Shown: positions 39,530 to 53,597, counted from the first letter of the stretch. The stretch: DNA of 64,000 bases from Octopus sinensis (GCF_006345805.1 NC_042997.1:193502001-193566000); one strand, 5' to 3'. The notes: generated by a model from the sequence alone, not told the origin. A program made the numbers and translations.

Positions 39530-39915
39530 GATGGAAGCACTCCGTCGGTTACGACGACGAGGGTTCCGGTTGATCCGATCAACGGAACAGCCTGCTCGTG
39601 AAATTAACGTGTAAGTGGCTGAGCACTCCACAGACACGTGTACTCTTAACGTAGTTCTCGGGGATATTCAGCGTAACACAGAGAGTGACAAGGCCGGCCC
39701 TTTGAAATACAGGTACAACAGAAACAGGAAGTAAGAGTGAGAGACAGTTGGAGCGAAACAGTACAACAGGGGTCGCCACCATCCCCTGCCGGAGCCTCGT
39801 GGAGCTTTAGGCGTTTTCGCTCAATAAACACTCACAACGCCCGGTCTGGGAATCGAAACCGCGATCCTACGACCGCGAGTCCGCTGCCCTAACCACTGGG
39901 CCATTGCGCTTCCTC
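39530..39915 (-). mobile_element. SINE family C, full length
   Basis: Near-identical to 33575-33965. Confidence 0.9.
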
Positions 39916-40669
39916 AATGTCAAAGAAACGCCCAGAAGAACTTTTAAGACATCAATAACAATATCGTTAAATTGGCCGTCCATTCATTTTGAAGGAAACA
40001 ATTTTCTCAGCATATCACAATTGAAGGCACGTTTGCTTTCTGGATTCAAGAAGCGCAAGATATATAGATTTCTTTTTTTTATAAAACCCATAGATCTTTC
40101 ATAGTGTTGTAGGGCGAAGTTCTCAAAGGCATTTAATCTCCATATTGTCTTCACTTCCTCAAAGAAAGAAGATACCAAATGATTCACGCTGAAGAATGCC
40201 TAATTTATCCCATAGCCGAAAAATTGCTTGGGTCAATAAATTACCAACAAGAACATGTCTGTTTCTCTCTTTAAATTTGATCGAAAAAAAAGCACACGTC
40301 AGCCTCTCACCGAGAGAACAAATTTTCTGATTGAACTTTGCCGTGTTTTCCCGATCAGTGTTCAGATCTTTGCCGCTTCGCAAGCAACCATAGCAGATTA
40401 CAGAACGTTCTGAGTCAATTACAACCAAGTACGTATCTGCCTTAACTTGTTTGATGATGGGACCATGAAAAGTTTAGAATTTTCTTCGTTTCTACCCTTT
40501 AACGGGCCGAAAAAGGTGAACAACACATTCCGCCCACCCCATCTAATGCCAACGCGAGTTTCCAGGTTTGTCAACTGACAGTTTTACATTCAGTACTGAA
40601 TAACTCTTAACTTCAACTCTAATGCTCAATTCTCTATCGTTTATAGCACAATTTATCATCAATACAAGT

Positions 40670-40990
40670 GCAAGTGTGGCAGTGTGGTAAAAAGCATGCT
40701 TCCCAACCACACGGTTCCAGGTTCAGTCCCACCGCATGGCATTTGGACAAGTGTCTTCTACTATAGTCTTGGGCCAACCAAAGCCTTAAGTGGATCTGGT
40801 AGGCAGAAACTGAAAGAAGCCTGTTCTGTGTGTGTGTTTTTGTCTCCCACCCCAACACCGCTTGACGTCATAACTTAGCAATTCGGCAAAAAGACCGATA
40901 GAATAAATACTAGGTTTTAAAAGTACTGGGTCGATTTGTTCGACTAACCCCTTGAAGGCGATGCCCCAGCAGCGGTGACTAATACAAGCA
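40670..40990 (+). mobile_element. SINE family A, degenerate
   Basis: Head and tail motifs of family A. Confidence 0.75.
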
Positions 40991-41244
40991 ATAAAAAAGA
41001 ATGTAAATATAACAAATATAACAAGAGCAACAACTAAAACGACCAACTTTCATCCGTTACCAATCGTGGATCATTTGAGAAACTGACTTGGCGCCCTTTA
41101 AACACAAGACGGTTCTGTCGGCCATAGTTCAGCATTTGGAAAGATCGACCACATTCGCAATGCATATTTCGACAGCTGAGATGCGAACCTTATTAAATTT
41201 TTTCTCATCTTATCTGTATTCATTCAAATTTTTTTTCCTCCCTT

Positions 41245-41430
41245 TAACCCTCCAACGCGGAGTATAGGCCACTTATAGTTGAATTCCATGTCGCATAATT
41301 TTTCCCTTCTGTACTTATACTCTGCCATGAATGTCCCCTTTTCTCTAGTTCCTTTTGTGTTGATCTACGCCACGAGTTCTTAGGCCTATCTTTCTTTCTA
41401 TATCCATCCGGATTCCACTATAAAGCACTT
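41245..41430 (-). pseudogene. RTE-like LINE 3' ORF remnant
   Basis: WNPDGYRKKDRPKNSWRRSTQKELEKRGHSW...W...LEG* matches the RTE C-terminal W-P-G-R-x-GRP-x-TW pattern (recalled). Confidence 0.65.
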
Positions 41431-41998
41431 TTCGCTACATTCAAATAAGGTTGGGTATTTCATCATTTCTGAAATATTTTGCACATATATTTTATATTCT
41501 CTATCGTAAATTTTATTGTTTCATACAATAACTTGGACTTAAGCTGTTCAAAGGTGACAAGCGAGCGGATTCGCTCGATCATCGGACAAATAGCTTAGCG
41601 TATTTATTCTGGCTCTCTACGTTCTGAGTTCAAATTCCACCGGGAGACATTTTGCCTTTTATCCTTTTGAGGTCAACGAAATAATTATTTAAGTGCCAGG
41701 ATCGATGTAATCGAACAATCCTTTCCCTCTCAAAATTACAGGCCTGGTGCCTAAATTAGAAACCAATATTAAATTGTTCGAAAAGATTGGACAGAGACTA
41801 TCATGAGGAAAGTTTGAAATCGAGTATCGTGGATTATATTCGGAAACTCTCAGGAGGGCGATAAACTAGAAAGGCAGGCTTTCGAAATGAAAACCAGCAG
41901 TACAAAGCACATTAACGTATGTACGTATTTTGTAATTTCGCTTAGATTTAGCGATACTAATAACTAGTTATTAGAACACAATGTACGTATTCACCTTC

Positions 41999-42145
41999 AT
42001 TAGCTTACAGCTGTTTGTACTATGAAAAGCAGAGAACTTGTAGGTGAGTGTTTAACATCCTATAACTTCCTCAGAGCCATTAAAATGAAACATTCTGTTC
42101 TCAGTGCACTGATTTCTTTTATATAGCAGAAGCAGCTGTAAGCTA
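41999..42145 (-). ncRNA. Degenerate hammerhead of the CAGCTG family plus an inverted partial copy
   Basis: Minus strand: ATGGCT-CTGAGGA-A-GTTATA...ATAGT-A-CAAA-CAGCTG-TA^AGCTA (G12->C). Plus-strand half copy TATAGCAGAAGCAGCTGTAAGCTA at 42122-42145. Confidence 0.5.
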
Positions 42146-42678
42146 GTGGTGATCACGTAACTCCTGTTTTTTTTTTTTTTTGGTTTTATATATATCCACC
42201 ACCAACCATTCAGTTTACAGACTCCAACGAAAGAACTTTAACATTCGCAAAAGTTAGAAGAGATTTCAAACTATTTTCAGACTACAGATAAGTAATATCA
42301 CATCTAAATTCCTTTTAATATTCAAACTTCCCTCCCACATTCGTCATGAAGCCAGCTGGAACTATTCGCCATCTTCGACGGTAACTTTCCCAACATTTAA
42401 ACTACAACATCCACTTGATAGACAATTCTTCAGATTTCCTCTGATTGACTTCTAATTAATATCGTAAAATTCGCACGTCATCAAAAAAAAAAAAAAAAAA
42501 AAGCAAATACACTTTTACAATCTTAGAATAAAGAAAAAAAAACAACAACAAATAGCTTCAAGAACAACTTTCAAGAATTTTCTGAACACAGCAACACCGG
42601 GCAGTGTAGCAAGAAGTTTGCATTTGAGCCACATGGCACCGCGTTCAATCCCATTGAACACCGTTCTATATTTCCCAA

Positions 42679-42724
42679 GACACCTGAAGAAGGCTGGCGG
42701 GTGTATCAGCCGAAACGTTGTGTT
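42679..42724 (+). ncRNA. Minimal type I hammerhead ribozyme motif
   Basis: GACAC-CTGAAGA-A-GGCTG(10 nt)CAGCC-GAAA-CG-TT^GTGTT. Stem I GACAC/GTGTT, perfect stem II, palindromic ACGT stem III. Confidence 0.65.
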
Positions 42725-43176
42725 AACAACAATCAAGATGAGGACAAATATCCGTCGAATGTAAATAATGCCCATTGAGCAAATGTCTTCTATAGTCTCG
42801 AGCCGACCAAACCCTTTTAGTGGATTTGGTTGACGGAAACAAGATCCGTCTGGAGAGGAGAAGCCTGCCGCAAAGAGTATTTGGAAAAAGATGGACGAAA
42901 GTAGTAAGAAAGATGAGAATGCAAGGAGCTGTGCTTGCACGGTCGGTCTTGGCATAAAAGGATGAAAATAATTACCAAAAAGAAATCAACCGGCGGGTTA
43001 GTTCACTAACCTGAATAACAGTTATATAAGTATCATTTATATTTTTATTTTCAAATCACTCGTCTTACATATATATAAACCCACCCGCTTTAAAATTGTG
43101 TAACGAGTGCGTCTGACCCCTATATGTCCCTTGTCTGTCCCCTCTATGTATCCTTTTCTGAGGAAATAAAAAAAAT

Positions 43177-43222
<46 letters not shown>

Positions 43223-44424
43223 CTTTATTTCCCACGAGGGGCTAAACACAGAGGGGACAAACAAGGACAGACACACGGATTAAGTCGATTGCGTAACTGG
43301 TACTTAATTTAGCGACCCCGAAAGGATGAAAGGCAAAATCGACCTCGGCAGAATTTGAACTCAGAACGAAACGGCAGACGAAATACCGCTAAGCATTTTT
43401 TCGCCCAATGCGCTAACGTGTCTGCCAGCTGACGGGCTAATCCTTCAAATCCATTGAGAAGGCTTTGGTCGGCCCGAGACTATAGTTGTAGGAACTCGCC
43501 CAAGGTGCTATGTAGTGGGACTGGGAACCATGTGATTGGAGAGTAAACTTCTAACCACACAGCCACTCCTGATTATATATATATATATTTTTTGTGTGTT
43601 TGCCCTACCCCCGCTTGGCAACCAGTGTTGGTGTGTTTACGACTCCGAAACTTAGCGGTTCAGTAAAAGAGACCATTAGAATATGTACCAGGCTTAAATT
43701 CGACTAAAATTCTTCAAAGCGGCACTTCAGGATGGCTGCAGTCAAATAACTGAAGCAAGTAAAAGAAGCTTCTAAAACATCTCACAAAAGTAACATAAAA
43801 ATATAACCCCCTATTATACATTAGACCCTTAAAAATATTTAAAACGATGTAAGGCAATGCATCACTACACAAAAATATGCTCAACATCAAACGAGAAAAT
43901 ACTAAATATTCAGCTGCTTTAAAAAAATTTCCTTAAATATCGACTACATTTTGTGCGTAACATTCATGATTAGCACTAAAATTAGTAAAGGTGGAAAATT
44001 TGTACAAAACTTGAATATTAACCAGGACTGCCTTCGCTTTGGGAGAAAATGGTTAGAGCGTTTTCAAAGCTATTATCTTAATCTAGAAAGAAATTTATAA
44101 TTCCGAAGTTGAAAATAAAATCGATGTGAACGAACGTCCTATAAGACAACCACTCTCTTATGAACATTCTACAAAATTCTAGAAAAGTAAATTCTTGGTA
44201 TCACTTATCTGTACCGCTTTTTTCCAAATCAAAACCCGGACAAAGACCATAACACTCAACTATTACACTTCTTACAAACCTAGCATAGAACTATATGATG
44301 GATTAAAAAAACAGAAACCCATAGAACTTGCGCCATCGATATGAAGGCTTTCGGCTGATTCCATATTCCTTTATACAGCGGAAAAAAATGTTGAATACCC
44401 CCACCAACCTATGAAAGAATATAT

Positions 44425-44835
44425 ATTTCTTTATTGCCCACAAGGTGCTAAACATAGAGGGGACAAACAAGGACAAAGGGATTAAGTCGATCACATCAAC
44501 CCCAGTGCGAAACTGGTACTTTATTTATCGACCCCGAAAGGATGAAAGGCAAAGTCGACCTCGGCGGAATTTGAACTCAGAACGTAACGACAGACAAAAT
44601 ACCTATTTCTTTACTACCCACAAGGGGCTAAACACAGAGAGGAGAAACAAGGACAGACACACGGATTAAGTCGATTATATCGACCCCAGTGCGTAACTGG
44701 TACTTATTTAATCGACCTCGAAAGGATGAAAGGCAAAGTCGACCTCGGCGGAATTTGAACTCTGAACGTAACGGCAGACGAATACCGCTAAGCATTTCGC
44801 CTGGCGCGCTAACGGGTCTGCTAGCTCGCCACCCT
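44425..44835 (-). mobile_element. SINE family B head-to-tail dimer
   Basis: Two bodies and one head, joined at AAATACC/TATTTC. Confidence 0.8.
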
Positions 44836-46039
44836 CACCAATCTAAGGAGGAATATAACAGTGCTAGTTTCCCACCCGATTAAACCGGTAATGCTTTGGG
44901 GGAAAAATGAGTGTCACAAAATTAGTCCCATTAGTATATAGGACATTGTGTGGTTAACCAGAAGTAAACAACTTGGTACATGTAGGTTGTCTGCGTGGGA
45001 AATCGCAGAATAGAAATTAACTTCCGTCGATTCTTGTCTGCTACTTCACTTTATTCCCGGTTAAAAGAAATTCACTTTGTTTCGTGAAATGAAAGACAAA
45101 AGTTGTCCTTGTTAAAGGTATGAACGTCATGACCTCACATATTTTCTAATTTAAAAAATTTCTGGCATCGTTCCTGTTGCGTGATCAATAGCTCGGAGAT
45201 GGATGGGTTCCAGCAAGTTGAGATATATTTACATGAAGACGAAGCTTTCAACGTTGACTGGAGAACGCAACGCTGTTAGAAGAAGACAGTACTTAAATAC
45301 TGTCAGCAAGTTCTAGAAGAGTTCAATAAGATCAATTGCCATGAGGTGTGAAGCATTTAATGTCTCTGGCCTTTGTATTAAGTCTGAGAGAGAAAGTGCT
45401 TTGTCGCTTTGACTGAACAAGCGAAGGACCTATATTTTAATGGAAGGAGAATGTGATTTTGTGACAGTCTATTTAAATATTGTAGGCTGTCTGCGTTAAT
45501 GTAAGTGCTAAGCTGAAATGCTACTGAATTATTAGAACGTGTGCGTATGTGTGTAAATTTGTATACATTTATGTAGGAATGAATTATTCATCAATTCATT
45601 TTGCTATAGTTTGATGCATTACTTAATATATCCTGTTTTGTATAGATAGCCAGCGAATATACGGACATGTTGAATCAATACGTTTCTTGATGGAATTATA
45701 ATAAACACACACAAACACTCGCAGCTGAAACATACTTCGCCCATATATCATTAGCCGAATACAAAACAGCTTGCGTAGATTGTTGTTGGTTAACCCCCAG
45801 ATCAGCACTGATGCAGAAAACATGATAAAAGATGTTGGTCGTGACTGTTTTTATTCTCTCAGAAGTAATACATTGTTGGTAGTAAATAGTGGTGGAATAG
45901 GTGGAAGTAAAAGTTTGAGGAGGAAAGGGGTAAAAGGTGCATTTTTAATGGCTTAGTCTGCTGGGGAAAGCATTACCTATGACTTTTTAGATTAGGCGTG
46001 TGTGTGCGTGACTGTGTGAATAAACTTCAATTTATCTGT

Positions 46040-46452
46040 TTCTTTATTACCCACAAGGGGCTAAACACAGAGGGGACAAACAAGGACAGACAAACAGATT
46101 AAGTCGATTACATCGACCGCAGTTCGTAACTGGTACTTAATTTATCGATCCCAAAAGGATGAAAGGCAAAGTCGACCTCGGCGGAATTTGAGCCCAGAAC
46201 GTAAAAGGCAAACGAAATACTTATTTCTTTACTACCCACAAGGGGCTAAACACAGAGGAGACAGACAAGGACTGACAAACGGATTAAGTCGATTATATCG
46301 ACCCAGTACGTAACTGGTACTTAATTTATCGACCCCGAAAGGATTAAAGGCAAAGTCGACCTCGGCGGAATTTGAACTCAGAACGTAACGGCAGACGAAA
46401 TAGGGCTACGCATTTCGTCCGGCGTGCTAACGGTTCTGCCAGCTCGCCGCCT
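46040..46452 (-). mobile_element. SINE family B head-to-tail dimer
   Basis: Same junction as at 44425. Confidence 0.8.
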
Positions 46453-46974
46453 TTTTATAAACTTCGATTTATCTTCAAACTGGAGACCTGGTCCAAACGT
46501 TTCTAACAGTGGTCTTGGTTGGAGGTAACTAAGTCTATGGTAGTTTTAAACTAAGGGACAGATTCTCTTGTGCTAACGGATAGCAAGAATGAAAGGAGTT
46601 ATCAGAGTGAAACTAGGAAATAAACCGGTGAATCGAAACATGAAAGCAGTATTACTAGATGAGGAAAAAACAGCCAGACTGAAAGAGACATTCGGAAGTA
46701 GGATAGAGAATACAGTATTGCGGGTTCGATTCGACGAATTACCACCTGTGATAACTTTTGAAGATATGACGAGTTTTCTGATATAAGAAAAAAAAAAGAC
46801 ATACAAACTGAACTGTAAAAACAGTAAAATGCAACTTTTTACTTTGAACAATCTCTTGAACAAGCTTCAAATTGTGTAGGTCTTTACCACAATGAGGCCG
46901 AGACTGAATACATAAACAAGTGCCTGTCCAACAGTGATTGCATCATCCATACTCTCAACAATGCGCCCTTAAAT

Positions 46975-47553
46975 ATGGTTTCTGATTATAAATATCTTGG
47001 GTCATACATATCATCATCTGGAAAAGACTTTCTAACTAGAAAGGGTATGGCCTGGTCAGCCTGTAATGACATGCATAAGATCTGGTCATCAAATCTAAGT
47101 AGAGACTTCAAACTTGAAATCTTCAAAGCCACAGTCGAACCAATTCTACTATATGGCTCAGAAACCAGGACGTTATCAAAGAAGCTTGAGAGGCAGTTGG
47201 ATGGAACCTACACTCGCCTCCTTATGAGAGCTCAAAATCTCTCATGGAAGCGTCATCCAACCAAAATGCAAATATATGGGAAACTACCACCTGTATCATC
47301 TCTTGTGAAAGGTAAGAGTTTGCTGGACATTGTTGTAGAGCTGAAAAAGAGGTAATTTCTACTCTTCTCCTCTGGAAGCCATCTGCTCGCGATACCAGGG
47401 GGCGCACACTCTCCTAGCCTTGATGTAACCTCCAGAGATACAGGCATCAAGCAACAGGACCTCCGTAATGCCATGATGGACCGTGAAGTCTGGCGTAGCA
47501 TGGTAAATTCCATTGTCTCGACCACGGTCGAACAATGATGATGATGATGATGA
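46975..47553 (+). mobile_element. 5'-truncated RTE-clade LINE
   Basis: DYKYLGSYISSS...FKATVEPILLYGSET...DGTYTRLL..., frameshifted C-terminus ending STTVEQ*, then a (TGA)n tail. Confidence 0.85.
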
Positions 47554-49613
47554 CTTTGGTGGGTAGAAAGCCATTTTCATTATTATTATTTTTTCACATC
47601 TCATGAATCATTCGTTAATCATTATATGTGCCCCACGTTTAAGTTGTCGGTTCTCGTAGTGTCCCCTCTATATTTAAGGCTTTATGCCTAATAAGAAATC
47701 AGATTCTCTTGTACAGTTTCATGTCAGGCTTCATCAAGCGGAACTATGGCACATGGCCAGTTGCCCTTGACTCGGAATACGCACACGCATCCATCTGGTT
47801 GAAGACTATAATATGCAGTAGTTAATTAAGACGAGTAGCTGGCAGAGTCGTTAGCACGCTGGGAGAAATGCTTAGCAGCATTTCGACCGTTTTTTTACGT
47901 TCTAAGTTCATATTCCGCCGAGGTCGACTCCGCCTTTCATCCTTTTGGGGTCGATAAAATAAGTACAAGTTGAACACTGGGTCGACATAATCGACTTACT
48001 CTCCTCCCACGAAATTTGTGCCAAAATTGAAACAGGACAATTGGTTTCTCTTTATCATAGTCACAAGGCCTGAATTCAGAGGGGACATGCACAAACATGC
48101 GGGGACATAAAGACGAATGATAAATGAAATGAACATAAATATGATGCAAATGAGACGGTCATCTCGCCCCCGCTGCGAGACGAACCGTGAATTCCTTTAC
48201 AATTAAACTTGAAACCACCCCTGGTTTCGCTACAATGTGAAACCGTGACCTTTCCTTTCGTTTTCTGCCTTTAAAACATGATAATCGGTAGTTAGTTGTT
48301 TGCGGTGCAGTGTTGCAGTCTGGGTTATATCGACTCTCCATTGTCCAGTATATTTCTTATTTCTTTATTGCCCACAAGGGGATAAACATAGAGGGATCAA
48401 ACAAGGACAGACAAATGGGTTAAGTCGATAACATCGACTCCAGTGCATAACTGGGACTTAATTTATCGACCCCTGAAAGAATGAAAGGCAAAGTCGACCT
48501 GGGCGGAATTTGAACTCAACGACCTCGGCGGAATTTGAACTCAAATTGTCCAGTATGTTTCTATAAGACGTGGGTTTTGACTTGTACTGCTGGTGCAGCC
48601 ACTGGCAGCTTACAATGGTTGTTGTGATGGTTATCGTTTTGATGTGAATAGCTTTTGGCTTTATAATTATAACAATAAAATGTACTTCTTGGCCTAACTG
48701 TTGCTTTATTTTATCGACCTTGGAAAATGAAAGGCAAAGTTGGTCCGGAACAGGATTTGAATCTAGAACATAATGGGTCATATCTAACCATTGCAACCGT
48801 TTTGTCCGACGCTCTAACAATTCTAGACGATTCTTTACGTTAGCTTTCTCTGCTAGAAATAATAGCCAAATATTTACTTTATACTATTATCCTGAAAGTG
48901 GACGAATATATTGAATAATAAAATTCTGGTTACGTCAGAAGACGGAATAGTCACGGAGATAAGAAATAATAACTTTAGAAAATATAACATTATTACTCCA
49001 TCTGCCAGAAATAGCAGCTGAATTAACTCCAAATAACAGTGACATTTTCAAAACAAGACAAAACAAAAAAAAAAAAACTTGCAGGATCATCTTTTCTACT
49101 CTAGGCACAAGGCCCCTAATTTATGGGGAGGGAGCCAGTCGATTAGATCGATCCTAGTGCGCAACTGGTACTTAATCGACCCAGAAAGGATGAAAGGCAA
49201 AGTCGACCTCGGCGGAATAGACACGAAATACCGCTAAGCAACATGTTGGATAATGTAGTAATAAATACACTGTCTGAAGAAAGAGGCGATGGCCATGATT
49301 GGAATGTCTTTTATTCAGGTCTGTTTTGTTCGATGAGTGCTAGACTGGTGCTAATAACAAAAACAATCTCAGTATTCCAACTACGTAAAATAATTTCTAT
49401 AAATCTCTTCACAATAACAGCATAAACGTCATCAGTAGTAAGTGTAAAGTGTTTTATAGACAACAACAATAACAACAGTAAATACAGGGTGTTCAAAACG
49501 TTTCTCCGCAGTGAATTTTTTTCATCCAAGATGTAATTCAAAACATGTGTAGAAGACTCAACTTGTGTATTGAAAATGAAGAACGACACTTTCAATACCT
49601 CTTATAAATTTTT

Positions 49614-50007
49614 TTGGATCTTTTCGGTTTGAACGGCAGTTTTTAACATAATTTCTAGGTAACTAAAAAATTTTAAACTTCGTATACTGGTAGAATGTGT
49701 TTATAAAACATCTTTTTCTCTTGGCTTTATTGAGAAAATTCTATAGTTTGTAAGATATTTGTTGTTTTTTTCTTCAATTTCTACAATTTCAACCAATCAC
49801 TGACGTCTTTTGAGGTAAAAACATTCTGTGCCGTATGAATATATCCCTCGTTTAAGAAACAGATTGGGTTTATTTACATTTGTGAAGAGAAAAAGATACC
49901 CTAACCCAGATTGAAATGCAATAGATTGATACTAGGATCATAATTAAGGGTGACAATTTCATATGACACCGCTAGAAAAAACTGCCGTTCAAACCGAAAA
50001 GATCCAA
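49614..50007. mobile_element. MITE-like element with 31-bp terminal inverted repeats
   Basis: TTGGATCTTTTCGGTTTGAACGGCAGTTTTT (49614-49644) and its reverse complement (49977-50007). No clear TSD. Confidence 0.65.
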
Positions 50008-50507
50008 ATAATATATTCTTTCGTAGTCTTATACCATTTTACAAATATTTATTTCGCAATAAAATACTTACTGCGGAGAGACTTTTTGAACACCATGTTA
50101 TATATTTAGAACAACAAACAAACAAAGCTAGAACAGTAGCTGAAGTAATACGCAGCAGTGGAATTCATACGTAAATTAATTTGTAAATAACCAGAAACAT
50201 GTGTCGAAATTTTCACTCCGCTATCTATGAAAACGAGAAAGATATTAATTTATTATTATACTGGTTTCAAGGGCAGTGAGCTGGCAGAATGCCGCGGTCG
50301 ACTTTGCCTCTCGCTCTTTCGAATGCAATGAAATAAATACCAGTTGATAACTAGGAGTCGCTGTAATCGACGTACTCCTCCCCAGACATAGCTGGCCTTG
50401 TGTCTATTGTAGAAAGGATTTTACTGGTCTCGTACATTTGACTGCGACCATGCTGGGGCACTGCTTTGGAAGGATTTAATCAATTATTTCGACCTCAGTA
50501 CATATTC

Positions 50508-50925
50508 AAGGCGGCGAGCTGGCAGAATCGTTAGCACGCCGGGCGAAATTCTTAGCGGTATTTCGTCTGCCGCTACGTTCTGAGTTCAAATTCCGCCGAG
50601 GTCGACTTTGCCTTTCATCCTTTCGGGATCGATTAAATAAGTACCAGTTACGCACTGGGGTCGATATAATCGACTTAATTCGTTTGTCTGTCCTTGTTTG
50701 TCCTCTCTGTGTTTAGCCCCTGGTGGGTAGTAAAGAAATAGGTATTTCGTCTGCCGTTACGTTCTGAGTTCAAATTCCGCCGAGGTCGACTTTGCCTTTC
50801 ATTCTTTCGGGGTCGATTAAATAAGTACCAGTTACGCACTGGGGTCGATATAATCGACTTAATTCCTTTGTCTGTCCTTGTTTGTCCTCTCTGTGTTTAG
50901 CTCCTTGTGGGTAATAAAGAAATAG
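50508..50925 (+). mobile_element. SINE family B head-to-tail dimer
   Basis: Head, body, then AAATAGGTATTTCGTC and a second body. Confidence 0.85.
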
Positions 50926-52579
50926 GTACTCGTTTTTTTCCTTTTTTTTTATCAGTTTCTAATTATCGTATTGCTGAATATATTTTGAGTTACGCCCCTT
51001 CCAGCGTAATTGATATTTCAGCCGACATGCATGTGGATGTTTTTCATTCCTTCTCTAACAAAGGCTTTGTTCATTCTTGCGAAATTAACCTTCGGGCGCC
51101 AAGATCGCTTTGCAAAACTGAAGCTGATTAAATCTAGATTTAGTTTAAACGATTGCCCTGTTGCATTAATAGACATTCGTAGTCGAATGCCTATCTGGTA
51201 ATAACTGTAATTTTCTCCAAGTAAAATCACAATATATTCTGAGGTAGCAGCAGAAATATTAAGACCATGCATGTCTATAATTATCAAAGAAAAATTACAT
51301 TAATTTGGCGGAAAGCAAACAGTTTGCATGGTAACATAAGAAAAACGTATAACATTCATACCAGATTTATGTAAATTACGTTGCTGAATTGTGCTTTGTC
51401 ATTCATTGAGGCACCGTTGTTCCTAACTAATAGAATAACACATTAACGTTGAACGATATGTAACTGTATCATGAATTATATATATATATTTACTACTCAC
51501 TAGGGGCTAAACACAGAGAGGACAAACAAGGACAGACAAACGGATTAAGTCGATTATATCGAAAGGATGAAAGGCAAAGTCGACCTCGGCGGAATTTCAA
51601 CTCAGAACGTAACAGCAGACGAACGCTACGCATTTCACCCGGCGTGCTAACGTTTCTGCCAGCTCGCCGCCTTATGTAACTGTATCATAAATTATAGCCA
51701 AAAACAGAGTTTATATACACATGCATACAACAAGCTTCTCTGTAGGGTCTGTTTACAAAATTTTCCACAAAAAGTATAGTTCACCCAAGCGTTGGTAGAG
51801 GACGACATACTCCAGAGAATGTTGGTAGCTAACCCGGACCTTTGTGATTATGAAACTCAGTTCTTCGCCAAATGAAAACTACTACTACTACTACTAATTT
51901 TTTTTTCTATTATAGGCAAAAGGCCTGAAATTATGGGGTGGGGCGGTGCAAGTTCAGCGGGGCATGATCAACTTGTACTTATTTCATCCAATCTGAAATG
52001 ATAAAAAGCAAAGTCGACCTCGGTGGAATTTGAACTCAGAACGTAAAGGCGGACGAAATGCCGCTAAGCATTTTGTCCGGAGTGCTAACGATTCTGCCAA
52101 CTTGCCGCCTTCAGTCATATTTAAGATTATTTTCGACTAGGTCTTGTATGCACTCTCAACACCGTCTTTAATTTTTTTTTATTACTTGTTTGCTCCTTAT
52201 ATAAGCAACATACAACACTTGAGCATCACAAAATTTCTGCGCGCACTTTTTTGAATGCCGGTCTGATAAAGTGCCACTCTAATAAAAACAAACAAAGAAA
52301 CGAAAGAAAAGAGAAAATCCCGTAGATATTAGGTGATTTTTTCATATAAAATAGTTACGTACAACGGCTTTAAAAACGGAGTGGTATTGAAACAATTGTA
52401 AGGTTGTGTTAAAATCTTTCGTCGTCGTCGTCTTTGTATCATATATTACTATTCGTAAGATCCACACATTAATTCCCGGTTGCATCTGGGAATTGTGTAT
52501 GTATGCATCTTCCTCCTGGCTATAATTCAGGAGTATAGATATCCACGAACTCTGGTTGAGTGCTACATTGAAAATACTC

Positions 52580-52618
52580 CAATATTTTACTATATCTATC
52601 TATCTGTCTATCTGTCTA

Positions 52619-52673
<55 letters not shown>

Positions 52674-52753
52674 TATCTACCTGTCTGTCTGTCTTATCTT
52701 ATCTATCTATCTTATCTATCTATCTTATCTATCTATCTTATCTATCTATCTTG

Positions 52754-52794
<41 letters not shown>

Positions 52795-52830
52795 TCTGTC
52801 TGTCTTACCTATCTGTCTTATCTATCTAAA
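52580..52830. repeat. (TCTG)n/(TATC)n microsatellite
   Basis: Directly visible. Confidence 0.95.
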
Positions 52831-53114
52831 TAATGTGTGCGCCTACATCTGACAACCGGTGTTGGTTTGCTTAAATCCTTTAACCTGGCAGTTCGACAAA
52901 AGAGTCCCATAGAATAATTTACTCAATTTCTTTCATTAAGCTCTTCAATGTCGTGCCCCAGCATGGCCGCAGACCAATGACTGAAACAAGTCAAAACATA
53001 AATCTGAGCGTCAGACTAATATTCTAATATCCACTGTGTTAGTCCCCAGGACTTTTACGGTATTTGTACTTGAATTCGTCGCTTGTTATTGATTTACCTA
53101 TATATATATATATA

Positions 53115-53455
53115 GCTTGCTTACCATCCACATGGTTCCGTGTTCATTTCCACTGCGTGGCACCTTGGGCAAGTGTCTTCTACTGTAGCCTCGGGTCGAC
53201 CAAAGCCTTGTGAGTGGATTTGGTAGACAGAAACTGAAAGAAGCTTGTCGTGTATATGTATGTATGTGTATATGTTTGTGTGTCTATGTTTGTCCCCCCA
53301 ACCGATGGTGGTGTGTGTACGTCCCCGTAACTTAGCGGTTCGGCAAAAGAGATCGATAGAATAAGTACTAACAAAGAATAATTCTTGGGGTCGATTTGCT
53401 CGACTAAAGGCGGTGCTTCAGCATGGCCGCAGTCAAATGACAAACAACTAAAAGA
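53115..53455 (+). mobile_element. SINE family A
   Basis: Matches the family A consensus. Confidence 0.85.
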
Positions 53456-53505
53456 GTGTGTATATATATTCATATATATATATATATAGTGTGTATATAT
53501 ATATA

Positions 53506-53560
53506 TATATCCGTGCTGATGAAGAGAATTTTACCCAGAAACCATTGGTACGCAGATATG
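53506..53560 (+). ncRNA. Isolated hammerhead motif in (TA)n, same family as the 349-bp element
   Basis: TATATCCGTG-CTGATGA-(AGAGAATTTTACCCA)-GAAA-CCATTGG-TA^CGCAGATATG. Stems I and III pair, stem II is weak. Confidence 0.55.
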
Positions 53561-53562
53561 CT

Positions 53563-53589
<27 letters not shown>

Positions 53590-53597
<8 letters not shown>

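Noticed and set aside
39984-40430. Possible DNA transposase fragment on the minus strand
   Set aside because: No motif I can identify with confidence.
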